A stretch of DNA of 55,667 bases from Vicinamibacterales bacterium (GTDB lineage: Bacteria > Acidobacteriota > Vicinamibacteria > Vicinamibacterales > UBA2999), in contig DASUSZ010000232.1 in assembly GCA_036374815.1 (NCBI GenBank), positions 1-55,667 on the forward strand, read 5' to 3'. The notes below the pieces were generated by a model that did not search any database, had not been told where the DNA came from, and saw only the letters and a list, made by a program, of their open reading frames with translations. Within the stretch, counting starts at the first letter, position 1. Every line of letters begins with the position of its first letter. A program made the position numbers and the translations under genes. Shown one piece after another: positions 1-9,388 of the stretch.

Positions 1-2
1 GC

Positions 3-659
3 GGATTGTCGTGGGAAGAGGCCGTCGGCGTTGCGCTCGAAGCGGGCAAGGTGACAAACGATCTGACGATCATCGTGCCGCGCATCAACGAGAACGTGCT
101 GACGGTAGTGGTGCCCCCCGCCGATGCGACGATCACCCAGATGGCGGTGTCGGTGCTGCGCGAAGCGCCGCTGGCGGTGCGCCAGCTCGATCTCGATGCG
201 GAAGGCATCGGCACGCTGAAGGGCGTGGTGCCGGGCCGCTACTTCGTCGCGGCACGCGCGGCCTCGCGCGACAAGCAGTGGGCCGGATTCGAAGTCGTCG
301 ACTTCATCGAAGACAGCTACGAGGCGCGGCTGCAGTTGCTGCCGACCGGCAGCATCGCCGGCAAGATCGTCGGTGAAAAAGGCGAGGTGCCGCCGTTCGA
401 AGGGGTGATCGCCGGGGCGTCGTGGATCTACGACGGCGCCGAGGTCAATCCTCTCAACGTCGACGAAGCGCCCGTCGCGGCGGATGGATCGTTCCGCATC
501 GACAATCTGTTCGGCACGCGCAGCCTGCGCCTGCGCGCGCTCGGGCTCGAGTGGGAGGTTGCGGCGGTACGGCAGGGCCGCACCGACGTCACCGCCGCCG
601 GCATCATCGTGGCGCCGGACGCGACCACCGAAGCCACCATCGTCGTGCGGCGGCGGTAG
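3..659 (+). CDS. hypothetical protein, C-terminal fragment (5' end lies outside window); carboxypeptidase-regulatory-like beta-sandwich segments
   Basis: ORF 6..659 stays open back to the window edge. Segments such as GSIAGKIVG and DGSFRIDNL resemble CarboxypepD_reg-type folds. Codon bias matches neighbouring genes. Confidence 0.5.
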   Translation, partial: GLSWEEAVGVALEAGKVTNDLTIIVPRINENVLTVVVPPADATITQMAVSVLREAPLAVRQLDLDAEGIGTLKGVVPGRYFVAARAASRDKQWAGFEVVDFIEDSYEARLQLLPTGSIAGKIVGEKGEVPPFEGVIAGASWIYDGAEVNPLNVDEAPVAADGSFRIDNLFGTRSLRLRALGLEWEVAAVRQGRTDVTAAGIIVAPDATTEATIVVRRR

Positions 660-682
660 GCAACGTATGATGAGAAGACCCG

Positions 683-1657
683 ATGCCTTCTCCGCTCCGC
701 ATCGCCTTTCTTGGCTGCGGCTTCATCACGCGCGTGCACAGCCGCAACCTGCGGCGCTTCCGCAGCCAGATTGTCTGCGGCTACGCCAGCCGCGATAAGG
801 CGAAGGCCGCGGCGTTCTGCGGCGAGTTCCGCGGCACCGGCAGTTACTCGGATTACGCGGACGCGATCGACGATCCCAATGTCGATGCGGTCGTGATCGC
901 GGTGCCGCCGAAGTTTCATCTCAACCTGACGCTGCAGGCGCTCTCGGCCGGCAAGCACGTGCTCGTCGAGAAGCCCGCCTTTCCAACCACCGGCGACTAC
1001 GAGACGGTGCGCGATGCCCGCGATCGCGCGAAACGCGTGGTGCTGGTCGGCGAGAACGATCATTACAAGCCGCTCGCCGTCAAGCTGCGGCAGCTGCTGG
1101 CCGCCGGCGTGATCGGCGAGATGGTGTTCGGCCATTTCAGCAGCATCGTCAGGCGATTGAAATCCGAAGAGGACTGGCGCAACGACGAAGCGATGGCCGG
1201 CGGTGACGCGTTTTTCGAGGAAGGGATCCACTGGCTGCATCTGGCCGCCAGCCTTGGTCCGAAGATCACCTCGATCAAGGGCTTCCGACCGGCGGCGTCG
1301 ACGGCAGGGCCCGACAAACGGGTCAAGAGCATGCTGGTGTCGTTCGGCTACGACAACGGCGCGGTCGGGTCGCTGTATTACTCGCGCGAGATCCCGTCGA
1401 TGCTGAAGGGGCTGCGGCTGTCGAAGCTGATGGGCCGCAAGGGCGTCATCACGTTCGAATCGAACGGCGTCGTCATGCTGGTGCGCGGCCAGGGCCTGCC
1501 GCGCATCATGTTTCCCGGCTTCCGTGACATTCGCGGTTACCAGGCGATGTACCAGGATTTCCGCGAATCGATCGCAACCGGCCGCGCTCCGGAAATGAGC
1601 CTCGAGCGCGCCATCGAAGATCAGTTGTTGATGGATCAGATCTACGCGTCGCTGTGA
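683..1657 (+). CDS. Gfo/Idh/MocA family NAD(P)-dependent oxidoreductase
   Basis: N-terminal Rossmann signature RIAFLGCGFITRVH and the EKP motif (VLVEKPAF). Its stop overlaps the GTG start of the next gene (GTGA at 1654-1657). Confidence 0.85.
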   Translation: MPSPLRIAFLGCGFITRVHSRNLRRFRSQIVCGYASRDKAKAAAFCGEFRGTGSYSDYADAIDDPNVDAVVIAVPPKFHLNLTLQALSAGKHVLVEKPAFPTTGDYETVRDARDRAKRVVLVGENDHYKPLAVKLRQLLAAGVIGEMVFGHFSSIVRRLKSEEDWRNDEAMAGGDAFFEEGIHWLHLAASLGPKITSIKGFRPAASTAGPDKRVKSMLVSFGYDNGAVGSLYYSREIPSMLKGLRLSKLMGRKGVITFESNGVVMLVRGQGLPRIMFPGFRDIRGYQAMYQDFRESIATGRAPEMSLERAIEDQLLMDQIYASL

Positions 1658-3186
1658 ACACCTTCGATATCGTAATTATTGGGAGCGGCGCGGGTGGCGG
1701 CACGATCGCGCGCGAGCTCGCTTCAACGGGCGCCAGGATCCTGATCGCCGAGCGCGGCGACTTCATTCCGCAGGAAGATCACAACTGGAACCCCGCGGCG
1801 GTCTGGAAGGAGCTTCGCTACCGCACCTCCGAGACGTGGCTCGACGAAGCGGGGCGATCGTTTCGTCCCTACACGCACTACTGCGTCGGCGGCAACACCA
1901 AGTTCTGGGGCACGGTGATGTACCGGCTGCGTCCGCGGGACTTCGAGGAGATGCAGCACGCCGACGGCGTGTCGCCGGCGTGGCCGATCGACTACGACAC
2001 GCTGGCGCCGTATTACGATCGCGCGGAAGCCATCTACGAAGTGCATGGCGAAGCCGGTGTCGATCCCACAGAGGGTCCCCGCAAGCCGTACCCGTTCCCG
2101 CCCGTGCCGCATTCGAGAGTGGTCGGCTCGATCGCCGAGCAGCTGAAAGCGCAGGGGCTGCACCCGTCCCCGCTGCCGCTTGGTCTTCGCGAGAATTGCG
2201 TCTTCTGCAATACCTGCAATTCCTTCCCGTGCAAGATTCACGCGAAGAGCGATGCGGATGTCTGCGCGGTGCGGCCAGCCACCGCAACCGGCAACGTCAC
2301 GTTGTGGGTGAACGCGACCGCGCGCAAGCTCGTGACCGACAGCAGCGGCTCGAAGATCGAAGCCGTTGAGATCGAACGCGGCGGCACCGTCGAGATAGTA
2401 TCTGCGCCGCTCGTGATCGTGTCCTGCGGCGCGGTGAATTCCGCCGCCCTGCTGCTGCGGTCCGCAAACAGCAAACACCCCAGGGGTCTCGCCAATTCAT
2501 CGGGCCTGGTCGGCAAGCGTTATATGGCGCACCTGGCGACGATGATGCAGGGGTTTCATCCCTTCAGGAAAAACGCGACGGTGTTTCAGAAGACCGTGGC
2601 GATCAACGACTTCTACTTCAAAGGCCGCCGCGTCAACTACCCGCTCGGCGCGATTCAATCACAAGGCCGCACGCACGGGGTGATGGCGCAGATCGCGCAG
2701 AAGGACTTCGTCGCGGCATACGGCCGCCATTTCGCGCGCATTCCCGACGTGCCGGTGTGGGCGTTCGACGCCTGGGTCGCGCGTGGTGTCGACTGGCTGG
2801 CGATGACCGAAGACCTGCCGGCTGTCGAGAACAAGGTTACGGTCGAATCAAACGGTCAGATTCGACTGCACTACAAACCCAATAACCTCGTCGCGCATCA
2901 GGAACTCGTCAACGAGACCAAGCGCATCCTCGGCGAGCTCGGCTTCTGGATCGTGATGACGCACTCGCACAAGGCGAAGAACACCACGCATCAGTGCGGC
3001 ACGCTGGTGTTCGGCACCGATCCGGCTGAATCGGTCCTCGACCCGTACTGCCGCGCCCACGACATCGACAACCTCTTCGTCGTCGATGCCTCGTTCTTTC
3101 CGTCTTCCGCGGCGGTGAATCCCGGGCTGACGATCGTCGCGCAGGCAATCCGCGTCGCCGATCACATCAAGCGCGCCCACGGATAG
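1654..3186 (+). CDS. GMC family FAD-dependent oxidoreductase
   Basis: FAD-binding motif DIVIIGSGAGGG at the N-terminus. C-terminal GMC signature HQCGT...DNLFVVDASFFPSSAAVNPGLTI. Translationally coupled to the upstream oxidoreductase. Confidence 0.85.
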   Translation: MNTFDIVIIGSGAGGGTIARELASTGARILIAERGDFIPQEDHNWNPAAVWKELRYRTSETWLDEAGRSFRPYTHYCVGGNTKFWGTVMYRLRPRDFEEMQHADGVSPAWPIDYDTLAPYYDRAEAIYEVHGEAGVDPTEGPRKPYPFPPVPHSRVVGSIAEQLKAQGLHPSPLPLGLRENCVFCNTCNSFPCKIHAKSDADVCAVRPATATGNVTLWVNATARKLVTDSSGSKIEAVEIERGGTVEIVSAPLVIVSCGAVNSAALLLRSANSKHPRGLANSSGLVGKRYMAHLATMMQGFHPFRKNATVFQKTVAINDFYFKGRRVNYPLGAIQSQGRTHGVMAQIAQKDFVAAYGRHFARIPDVPVWAFDAWVARGVDWLAMTEDLPAVENKVTVESNGQIRLHYKPNNLVAHQELVNETKRILGELGFWIVMTHSHKAKNTTHQCGTLVFGTDPAESVLDPYCRAHDIDNLFVVDASFFPSSAAVNPGLTIVAQAIRVADHIKRAHG

Positions 3187-3244
3187 AAGATCCACAGATT
3201 GAACACAGATTCACACAGACCGAACGACCCGCATCGGCCTTCGG

Positions 3245-4621
3245 CTACTTCTCGACGAGATCGATCGCGCAGCCGAGTTCGAGCGCGAAACGGCCGCGGC
3301 CGACGGGCACGAGCCGGATATCTTCCGCCTTCTCATCGAGCCGCCGCCGCAGCAGCAACAGTCGAGTCTCGAGGTTGTCCTTGAAATCGGGCAGGCCGAG
3401 CGACTTGTCGAGGCGCAGCTCGCGGTTGGTGAATTCGGCGCGGCCTTCGCGCTTGTGCGTCTGCAGCAGCTTCCACAGGATGCGCGCCGGCAGCGAGCGA
3501 ATCAGGTAGTCGCCGTCGAGCATCACGACCTCTTCGCGCGGGTAGTAGGCGATCTCGCGCCGGACCTTGCCGTTCTTCTTCATCGGCGCCGAGGCCGCCG
3601 CGGCTGGCGCGGGTTTGTGCGCCGGCTCCTCGCTGGCCTCTTTCAACTGCATGTTCTGGATCGCAATCGCGAGCGACGCGCCCAGCATCTCGATCGTGTT
3701 CTTGTCTTCCTCGTGAAATCGGTATGGCGTCTCGCTCTCGATGCACAGCACGCCGATCAATTCGCCGCGGACGACGAGCGGCACGCCAAGCTGGCTGGAC
3801 GGATTCTCGAGGCCGGGCAGCTTGACGCTCTCCTGCGGCCGCCAGCCGCGTTCGAACGCGCGCTTGCGCGCGGCCGCGGCGTAGAGCATGCCGCGGACGA
3901 GGCCCGAGATGCGGATCGGCTGCTGTGCCTCGGCGACAACCCCGATCACTCCTTCGCCGAACTGCACTTCGGATCCGACTCCGCGTTCGGGATAGCCGCG
4001 GCTCGCGATCGTAATCAACGTGTTCGGCTTCTCGCCCGCGATCGCGATCATCGAGTGGCTGAAGCCGAAAAATTCCTTGATGCCCGACAGGATCGACTCG
4101 AGCAGCTCGTCGAGGTTGTTCGCCGCGGTCATCCGCGTCGACAGCTCCTGCAGCGCCTTCATCGTGAACACCGGATCGAGATGGCGCCGGCCCTTCGGGC
4201 TCCAGCGCTCCTTGCGTCCCGGCTCCTCAGGCACGAGGTCCACCGACTCAACCTGGTAGATGTCCGCGGCCTTGAGCTTGAAGATGCCCTTCAGCCCAAC
4301 GTACGACGCGATCGCCTCGATGCGCAGGAACATGCGATCGAAGATCGGCCCCGACGTTTCCGATCGCTCGAACTTGAGCCGCATCATGTAGCCCTGGTTC
4401 GTGTCCGGATCGATCACGCGGATCATCGCGTACGGATTCTCGGCAACGTTGCGCCGGCTCTTGTTGAAGAACTGGAACGACAACGCGACGTGCGTCGGAT
4501 CGACGTAATCCACGTGGCTCAGGAACGCCGCGTTCGGGGTGCCGTCCTTCGAGCACGTGAAGAACATCGACGGCAGGATGCCCTGGAAGCACGCCGTCAT
4601 CTGCTCGAGGCCAAGGCTCAT
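3245..4621 (-). CDS. one-component regulator: PNPOx-like split-barrel + GAF + OmpR-type winged-helix domain
   Basis: The start at 4621 forms ATGA with the stop of the upstream gene. The N-terminal segment resembles a pyridoxamine-phosphate-oxidase fold. The central region is GAF-like (GEGVIGVVAEAQQPIRI, GELIGVLCIES). The C-terminus fits an OmpR/BTAD wHTH pattern (LPARILWKLL...LETRLLLLRRRLDE...VGRGRFAL). The longer upstream start at 4774 would overlap the neighbouring gene and was rejected. Confidence 0.7.
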   Translation of the reverse strand: MSLGLEQMTACFQGILPSMFFTCSKDGTPNAAFLSHVDYVDPTHVALSFQFFNKSRRNVAENPYAMIRVIDPDTNQGYMMRLKFERSETSGPIFDRMFLRIEAIASYVGLKGIFKLKAADIYQVESVDLVPEEPGRKERWSPKGRRHLDPVFTMKALQELSTRMTAANNLDELLESILSGIKEFFGFSHSMIAIAGEKPNTLITIASRGYPERGVGSEVQFGEGVIGVVAEAQQPIRISGLVRGMLYAAAARKRAFERGWRPQESVKLPGLENPSSQLGVPLVVRGELIGVLCIESETPYRFHEEDKNTIEMLGASLAIAIQNMQLKEASEEPAHKPAPAAAASAPMKKNGKVRREIAYYPREEVVMLDGDYLIRSLPARILWKLLQTHKREGRAEFTNRELRLDKSLGLPDFKDNLETRLLLLRRRLDEKAEDIRLVPVGRGRFALELGCAIDLVEK

Positions 4622-5079
4622 GCCAGCACCGCTCCGGCTTCCGGCCCCGGCGTCTGGCTGAAGACCGCGGTGACGCGGATCGTGACCGCCACGCACGGCC
4701 ACATCAGCCACGTGCTGGTCGACGTCAACGGCGCAAGGCCGATCAGATCGAGTTCCTTCAAGAGCGATTGCCATTGACCGAGCACGAACGATTCTTCCGA
4801 CGGATCGGCGTCGCGCATCGCGATGAACTCGCCCTTCACCTGCACGGCGCGATCGTCGGTGGGCCGGGTCAACGACACCGCGGCCTGGCCGTTGCTCCTC
4901 AGATCGTCAAAGACGTCCGCGTTGGCAGCCTTCGGAAGGTAGGCGACAAGATGCCGGCCCTGCTCCTCCACCCGAACGGCCGTGACGCGGCACCCGTTTG
5001 GCCGCATCGCCTCGTTCCGGGTTCCGATGTGGATGGCGAGGCCGCATTCCAGAAATTCTGTGAGCGATTGATCGAGCAT
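4618..5079 (-). CDS. pyridoxamine 5'-phosphate oxidase-like (FMN-binding split barrel) family protein
   Basis: 153-aa ORF with a split-barrel-like pattern (AIHIGTRNEAMRPNGCRV, AVSLTRPTDDRAVQVKGEF). Its stop overlaps the start of the downstream regulator gene. Confidence 0.6.
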   Translation of the reverse strand: MLDQSLTEFLECGLAIHIGTRNEAMRPNGCRVTAVRVEEQGRHLVAYLPKAANADVFDDLRSNGQAAVSLTRPTDDRAVQVKGEFIAMRDADPSEESFVLGQWQSLLKELDLIGLAPLTSTSTWLMWPCVAVTIRVTAVFSQTPGPEAGAVLA

Positions 5080-5114
5080 TTTTTCGAGGAAACAGGCCGA
5101 TTATAGCTGTTTAG

Positions 5115-5130
5115 GATTCTTTTAAGAATC
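5115..5130. promoter_or_regulatory. perfect 7-2-7 inverted repeat GATTCTT-TT-AAGAATC in an AT-rich divergent promoter region
   Basis: Read directly from the sequence. It lies between the divergent starts at 5079 (-) and 5187 (+), inside the only AT-rich stretch of this spacer. Confidence 0.5.
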
Positions 5131-5186
5131 GTTAGCAAACCTCCAGCAAAGGCTTAGGGTTCGGTAAGAAAGTCAATCGCGTCTCA

Positions 5187-5813
5187 TTGGGCGTGGAGAT
5201 GAGAACGATGAGATTGACGAACATTGTCTGGGGCGCCGCGGTCATCACCGCCGCCATCATCCTGACCGCAGTTCTTTCAACCGCCAGCGTGAAGGCCGAC
5301 GGTGTCGGTGACGCCGGGCCGCAAACCAAGGCGGGAAAGACTGCCCAAATCGCGCGTGGCAAGTACCTGGTCGACATCATGGGCTGCCACGATTGCCATA
5401 CCCCGATGAAGCTCGGGCCGAACGGGCCCGAGTGGGACATGACCCGCGCGTTGAGCGGGCATCCTGAAGATGCTCCGTCGCTGCCGCCCGCGAACCTGCC
5501 GGCCGGCTACATGGCGGCGATCGGCGGCACCTTCACCTCGTTCAGCGGGCCGTGGGGCACGAGCTTCACGAAGAACCTCACGCCCGACAAGGAAACCGGT
5601 CTCGGTGACTGGACGGTCGAGGAATTCATCGCGACCATGCAGACCGGGCGCGAGCGCGGCAAGGGCCGGCCGGTGCTGCCGCCGATGCCGGTGCAGAACC
5701 TCAAGGCGCTGAGCGACAGCGATATCCGCGCGCTGTTCGCCTACCTGCAGTCGCTGCCGGCGATCAAGAACCGCACGCCGCAGCCGGTGGAACCCGGCAA
5801 CAGTCAACAGTAA
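5187..5813 (+). CDS. c-type cytochrome (single CxxCH), secreted
   Basis: Heme-binding motif CHDCH plus a hydrophobic N-terminal signal-like segment. The start is uncertain: GTG 5187, ATG 5193, or ATG 5202. ATG 5202 has a GGAGA about 9 nt upstream. Confidence 0.7.
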   Translation: MGVEMRTMRLTNIVWGAAVITAAIILTAVLSTASVKADGVGDAGPQTKAGKTAQIARGKYLVDIMGCHDCHTPMKLGPNGPEWDMTRALSGHPEDAPSLPPANLPAGYMAAIGGTFTSFSGPWGTSFTKNLTPDKETGLGDWTVEEFIATMQTGRERGKGRPVLPPMPVQNLKALSDSDIRALFAYLQSLPAIKNRTPQPVEPGNSQQ

Positions 5814-5864
5814 TCAGTCGGCAGTCAACAGTCGCAGTCTGGCAGTCACGGGAGTCAGGCAGTC
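5801..5864. repeat. imperfect array of about 7 CAGTC / GGCAGTC units ending in GGCAGTCATG
   Basis: CAGTC cores at 5801, 5815, 5822, 5835, 5843 and 5860, with GAGTC at 5852. The array spans the last codons of the cytochrome gene and the whole spacer up to the ATG at 5865. Confidence 0.8.
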
Positions 5865-6938
5865 ATGAAATACCTCGCAACGACGATCGCGGTTGGGATG
5901 TTCGCGGCCATCGTCAGGGCTTCCGCGGCATCCGAGGCAGGAGGAGCGGCGCCGGTGGCGCCGCGCCTCCTGACGCAAACCGGCCTTTACGCCAACGCCG
6001 CGACGCTGAAGATCGATTCGCGCAACCGGACGTTCTCGCCGCAGTATCCGCTATGGAGCGACGGTGCGACGAAGCGGCGCTGGGTGCGCCTGCCGGAAGG
6101 ATCGATGATCAACGTCGCCGACCTGGCCAACTGGGAGCTGCCGGTCGGGACGAAGTTCTGGAAGGAGTTTTCGTTCAACGGCCGCAAGGTCGAGACGCGA
6201 TTCCTGTGGCAGGTGAAGAAGAATCACTGGGTGTTCGCGTCCTACGCGTGGAATGACGCGCAGACCGACGCGGTGCTCGCATCCGAAAGCGGCGTCTCGA
6301 ACATCGCTGAAGTCGAGAACGGCAAGCGTCACAGCATTCCGTCGGTGTCCGAATGCCGCGCGTGCCACGACTCGAAGCGTACGGAGATTCTCGGCTTCAC
6401 CGCGTTGCAGTTGTCCGACGATCGCGACCCGAACGCGCTGCACGCCGAGCCGCTGACGAGCGACATGGTGACGTTGAAGACGTTGATCGATGCGAACCTG
6501 CTGACGCCGGCCCGGCCGGAGCTGGTGAAGAACCCGCCGCGAATCGAGGCGGGCTCGCCGGTAACCCGGGCCGCGCTTGGTTACCTGTCGACCAACTGCG
6601 GCAACTGCCACAACAGCAACAGCACGATCGCGTCGCTCGGGCTCGACTTGAAGCACGACGTCACCCGCAACGGTGAATGCACGCCGGCGCTGGCAACGAC
6701 GGTTGGCAAGCGAGGGCACTGGATCGTGCCCGAGGCGCAGGACGCTTCGCGCATCATCAACCCGGGCCAGCCGGAGTCGAGCGCGCTGGTGCGCCGCATG
6801 AAATCACGCCGCCCGATCTCGCAGATGCCGCCGATCGGCACCGTCGTCACGGATCGTCAGGCCGTCGACTTGATTACGTCGTGGGTGCAGAGCAACCCGG
6901 AAGAATGGCAGCAGATGGTGGCGCGCTGCGCGGCATAG
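5865..6938 (+). CDS. secreted protein with two CxxCH heme-binding motifs (putative diheme c-type cytochrome-like protein)
   Basis: Signal-like N-terminus MKYLATTIAVGMFAAIV. Heme motifs CRACH and CGNCH. Same strand as, and adjacent to, the cytochrome c gene. Confidence 0.7.
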   Translation: MKYLATTIAVGMFAAIVRASAASEAGGAAPVAPRLLTQTGLYANAATLKIDSRNRTFSPQYPLWSDGATKRRWVRLPEGSMINVADLANWELPVGTKFWKEFSFNGRKVETRFLWQVKKNHWVFASYAWNDAQTDAVLASESGVSNIAEVENGKRHSIPSVSECRACHDSKRTEILGFTALQLSDDRDPNALHAEPLTSDMVTLKTLIDANLLTPARPELVKNPPRIEAGSPVTRAALGYLSTNCGNCHNSNSTIASLGLDLKHDVTRNGECTPALATTVGKRGHWIVPEAQDASRIINPGQPESSALVRRMKSRRPISQMPPIGTVVTDRQAVDLITSWVQSNPEEWQQMVARCAA

Positions 6939-6964
6939 CAATGACCGCGTGATAGGCAACGGCA

Positions 6965-7459
6965 ATGAGCGAAGACGACACAGTGTTTCGCATTTCAGTC
7001 GATATCGATGCGCCGCCCGAGCGCGTCTACGAAGTGATGACGGACACCGCGCGCTGGCATGAATGGACGCCGAGCGTGACCAGCATCACCCGGCTCGACT
7101 CCGGTCCGTTCGTGGTCGGCAGCCGTGCGATGATCCGCCAGCCGAAATTTCCACCGGCGCTGTGGACCGTCACGGCGATCGACGGCAAGCGCGGCTTCAC
7201 GTGGATGAATCGCGCGCCCGGCATCAAGGTGACGGCGCACCACTCGATTGCTACGGTTGGCAGAGTGACCCGCGCGACGTTGTCGTTGCGGTATGAGGGC
7301 CTGCTCGGCGGCCTGCTCGCCCGCATGACGCGGGCGATCACCAACCGCTATCTGCAGATGGAAGCTACCGGGCTCAAGAAGCGATCGGAGAATCCGTACT
7401 TCCGGCACGTACCCGGACACGGCGGCACAGACGCAGCAACAGTCCGCGCGCGCGCATAA
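6965..7459 (+). CDS. SRPBCC (polyketide cyclase/dehydrase-like) family protein
   Basis: The N-terminal pattern ISVDIDAPPERVYEVMTDTARWHEWTP is typical of SRPBCC/START-like proteins. Confidence 0.75.
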   Translation: MSEDDTVFRISVDIDAPPERVYEVMTDTARWHEWTPSVTSITRLDSGPFVVGSRAMIRQPKFPPALWTVTAIDGKRGFTWMNRAPGIKVTAHHSIATVGRVTRATLSLRYEGLLGGLLARMTRAITNRYLQMEATGLKKRSENPYFRHVPGHGGTDAATVRARA

Positions 7460-7497
7460 AGCCATCGGGTGTATGCTCCCGGCCGAGGAGCCGCACC

Positions 7498-9339
7498 ATG
7501 TTCCAGCTCAAGAGTGCTCGCGCACTAGTCCTCTTCTCCGCCGCCGTGATCTCCGGCGCCGCCGTCGTCGCGTCCCAACAACAACAACAACAAGCCGCTG
7601 AGGCACCGGCGTCGGCGCGCCCGTTTTATTCGCGTCCTGCCGTCGCGGCCCTCAATGGCGTGGTCACGTCCGGTCACCCCATCGCGTCTTCAGCCGGATT
7701 GCAGATCCTGCTGAAGGGCGGCAACGCCTTTGATGCGGCGGTTGCCGTCGGCGCGATGGCGGGACTCGGCGAGCCCGAGATGAACGGCATCGGCGGCAAC
7801 GGATTCATGACGATCTTCGACAAGAAGAGCGGAAAGGTGCATTCGGTGTCGATGGCCGGCGCCGCGCCACGCGCGCTGAAACCCGCCGAAATGACGCCTG
7901 AGACGTTGAACGCGGGCATGAAGGCCGGCATCGTCCCCGGCAATCTCGGCGGCTACCTCATGCTGCTCGATCGCCTTGGGACGATGAGCCTGGCGGAAGT
8001 ATTTGCTCCCGCGATCGAATACGCCGAGAAGGGGTACCCGATCGACATGATGCTGGCGCAGTCGATCGATCGCGGCAGGAACAACCTCGGCAAATACCCG
8101 ACGACTGCTGCGATTTTTCTGCCAAACGGGCAGCCGCTCAAGGCCGGCCAGCTGCTGAAGAATCCTGATTACGCCGCGACGCTCCGCAAGCTGGTCGAGG
8201 CCGAGCGAGAGGCGCTTGCGAGCAAGCGCACGCGATCGCAATCGATCACTGCAGCCTTCAACCGGTTCTACCAGGGCGACATCGCGCAGGAGTTCGAGCG
8301 CTTCTTCAAGGAGAACGGCGGTCTGCTCACGGCCGCGGATCTCGCGGCCTATCAGCCGCAGTGGACCGAGCCGCTGAAGACGACGTACCGAGGCTACGAG
8401 GTTTACAGCAATCCGTCGACATCGCGCGGCGGTTTCGAAGTGTTGATGCAGGCAAACCTCGTCGAGCGCTTCGACCTCACGTCATTCGGATCCGGATCAC
8501 CGCAAGCGACACACGCGATGATCGAAGCGATCAAGGTGGCAAAGACCGACATTTATCGCTACGTCGCCGATCCGAAGTTTCACGTGATTCCGACGGCCGG
8601 CATGCTGTCGAAGCAGTACGCCGCGGCTCGCAGCCGCATGATCGACATGTCGAAGGCGGGCCCGTATCCCGAACCCGGCGCCCCGGAAGGCCGGCCGAAC
8701 ACTTCGGCGCCACCGGGCGAAAAGGCATTCCCCGAAAGCTACGACGGCGAACAGCACACGACGAGCTTCTCGATCGTCGACAAGTTCGGCAACGCCATCG
8801 GTGTGACGCCGACGCTCGGCGGCCTCTTCGGTAACAACGTCGTCGTCGGGAACACGGGCTTGCTGCTGAACAACGGCATGCGTCTCGGCTCCACGTCGCC
8901 GTATCCCGATAACGTGAATTACGTCGGGGCCGGCAAGATCCCAATCCTCAACAACTCTCCGGTCGTGGTACTGAAAGACGGCAAGCTCGCTTTCGTCTTC
9001 GGTACACCGGGCGGCGAGACGATCGGTCAGACCGAGTTCCAGATGCTGGTCAACCTGCTCGACTTCAACCTGCCGGTGCAGCAGGCGATCGAAGCGCCGC
9101 GATTCTCGCTCGATGCGGAGCCGAATTTCTACAAACCCGGCGCGGAGATCCAGGTGTCGATCGAAAGCCGAATGCCGCAGACGACGATCGACGTGTTAAA
9201 GGCGATGGGACACAAGGTTCGCGTGCTGCCCGGGTGGGGAAGTATCGGCCACATGCAGACGATCAAGATCGACCTGGCGACCGGCGCGATCACCGCGGGC
9301 GGCGATCCCCGCCGCACCGGCTACGCCATGGGATACTGA
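7498..9339 (+). CDS. ggt: gamma-glutamyltransferase
   Basis: 613 aa with a signal peptide. It carries the autoprocessing/nucleophile region TTSFSIVD and conserved GGxxI and GTPGG blocks. Confidence 0.9.
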   Translation: MFQLKSARALVLFSAAVISGAAVVASQQQQQQAAEAPASARPFYSRPAVAALNGVVTSGHPIASSAGLQILLKGGNAFDAAVAVGAMAGLGEPEMNGIGGNGFMTIFDKKSGKVHSVSMAGAAPRALKPAEMTPETLNAGMKAGIVPGNLGGYLMLLDRLGTMSLAEVFAPAIEYAEKGYPIDMMLAQSIDRGRNNLGKYPTTAAIFLPNGQPLKAGQLLKNPDYAATLRKLVEAEREALASKRTRSQSITAAFNRFYQGDIAQEFERFFKENGGLLTAADLAAYQPQWTEPLKTTYRGYEVYSNPSTSRGGFEVLMQANLVERFDLTSFGSGSPQATHAMIEAIKVAKTDIYRYVADPKFHVIPTAGMLSKQYAAARSRMIDMSKAGPYPEPGAPEGRPNTSAPPGEKAFPESYDGEQHTTSFSIVDKFGNAIGVTPTLGGLFGNNVVVGNTGLLLNNGMRLGSTSPYPDNVNYVGAGKIPILNNSPVVVLKDGKLAFVFGTPGGETIGQTEFQMLVNLLDFNLPVQQAIEAPRFSLDAEPNFYKPGAEIQVSIESRMPQTTIDVLKAMGHKVRVLPGWGSIGHMQTIKIDLATGAITAGGDPRRTGYAMGY

Positions 9340-9346
9340 GCCGCCG

Positions 9347-9382
9347 CCACAGAGACATGGAGACGCCTCTGTGTCTCTGTGG
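9347..9382. terminator. perfect 11-bp stem hairpin (CCACAGAGACA / TGTCTCTGTGG, 14-nt loop) between convergent genes
   Basis: Read directly from the sequence. It lies 8 nt after the ggt stop and 7 nt from the stop of the convergent NHL gene. There is no T-run, so intrinsic-terminator function is only a guess. Confidence 0.4.
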
Positions 9383-9388
9383 CAACGT

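Noticed and set aside
3455-4777. 440-aa plus-strand ORF, and similar long ORFs at 40070-41449 (-), 46214-47689 (-), 50723-52129 (+), 27129-27854 (-) and 53076-54368 (-)
   Set aside because: Each is antisense to, or frame-shifted over, a gene with clear family motifs. All have low-complexity Arg/Ala/Pro-rich composition typical of non-coding frames in GC-rich DNA.
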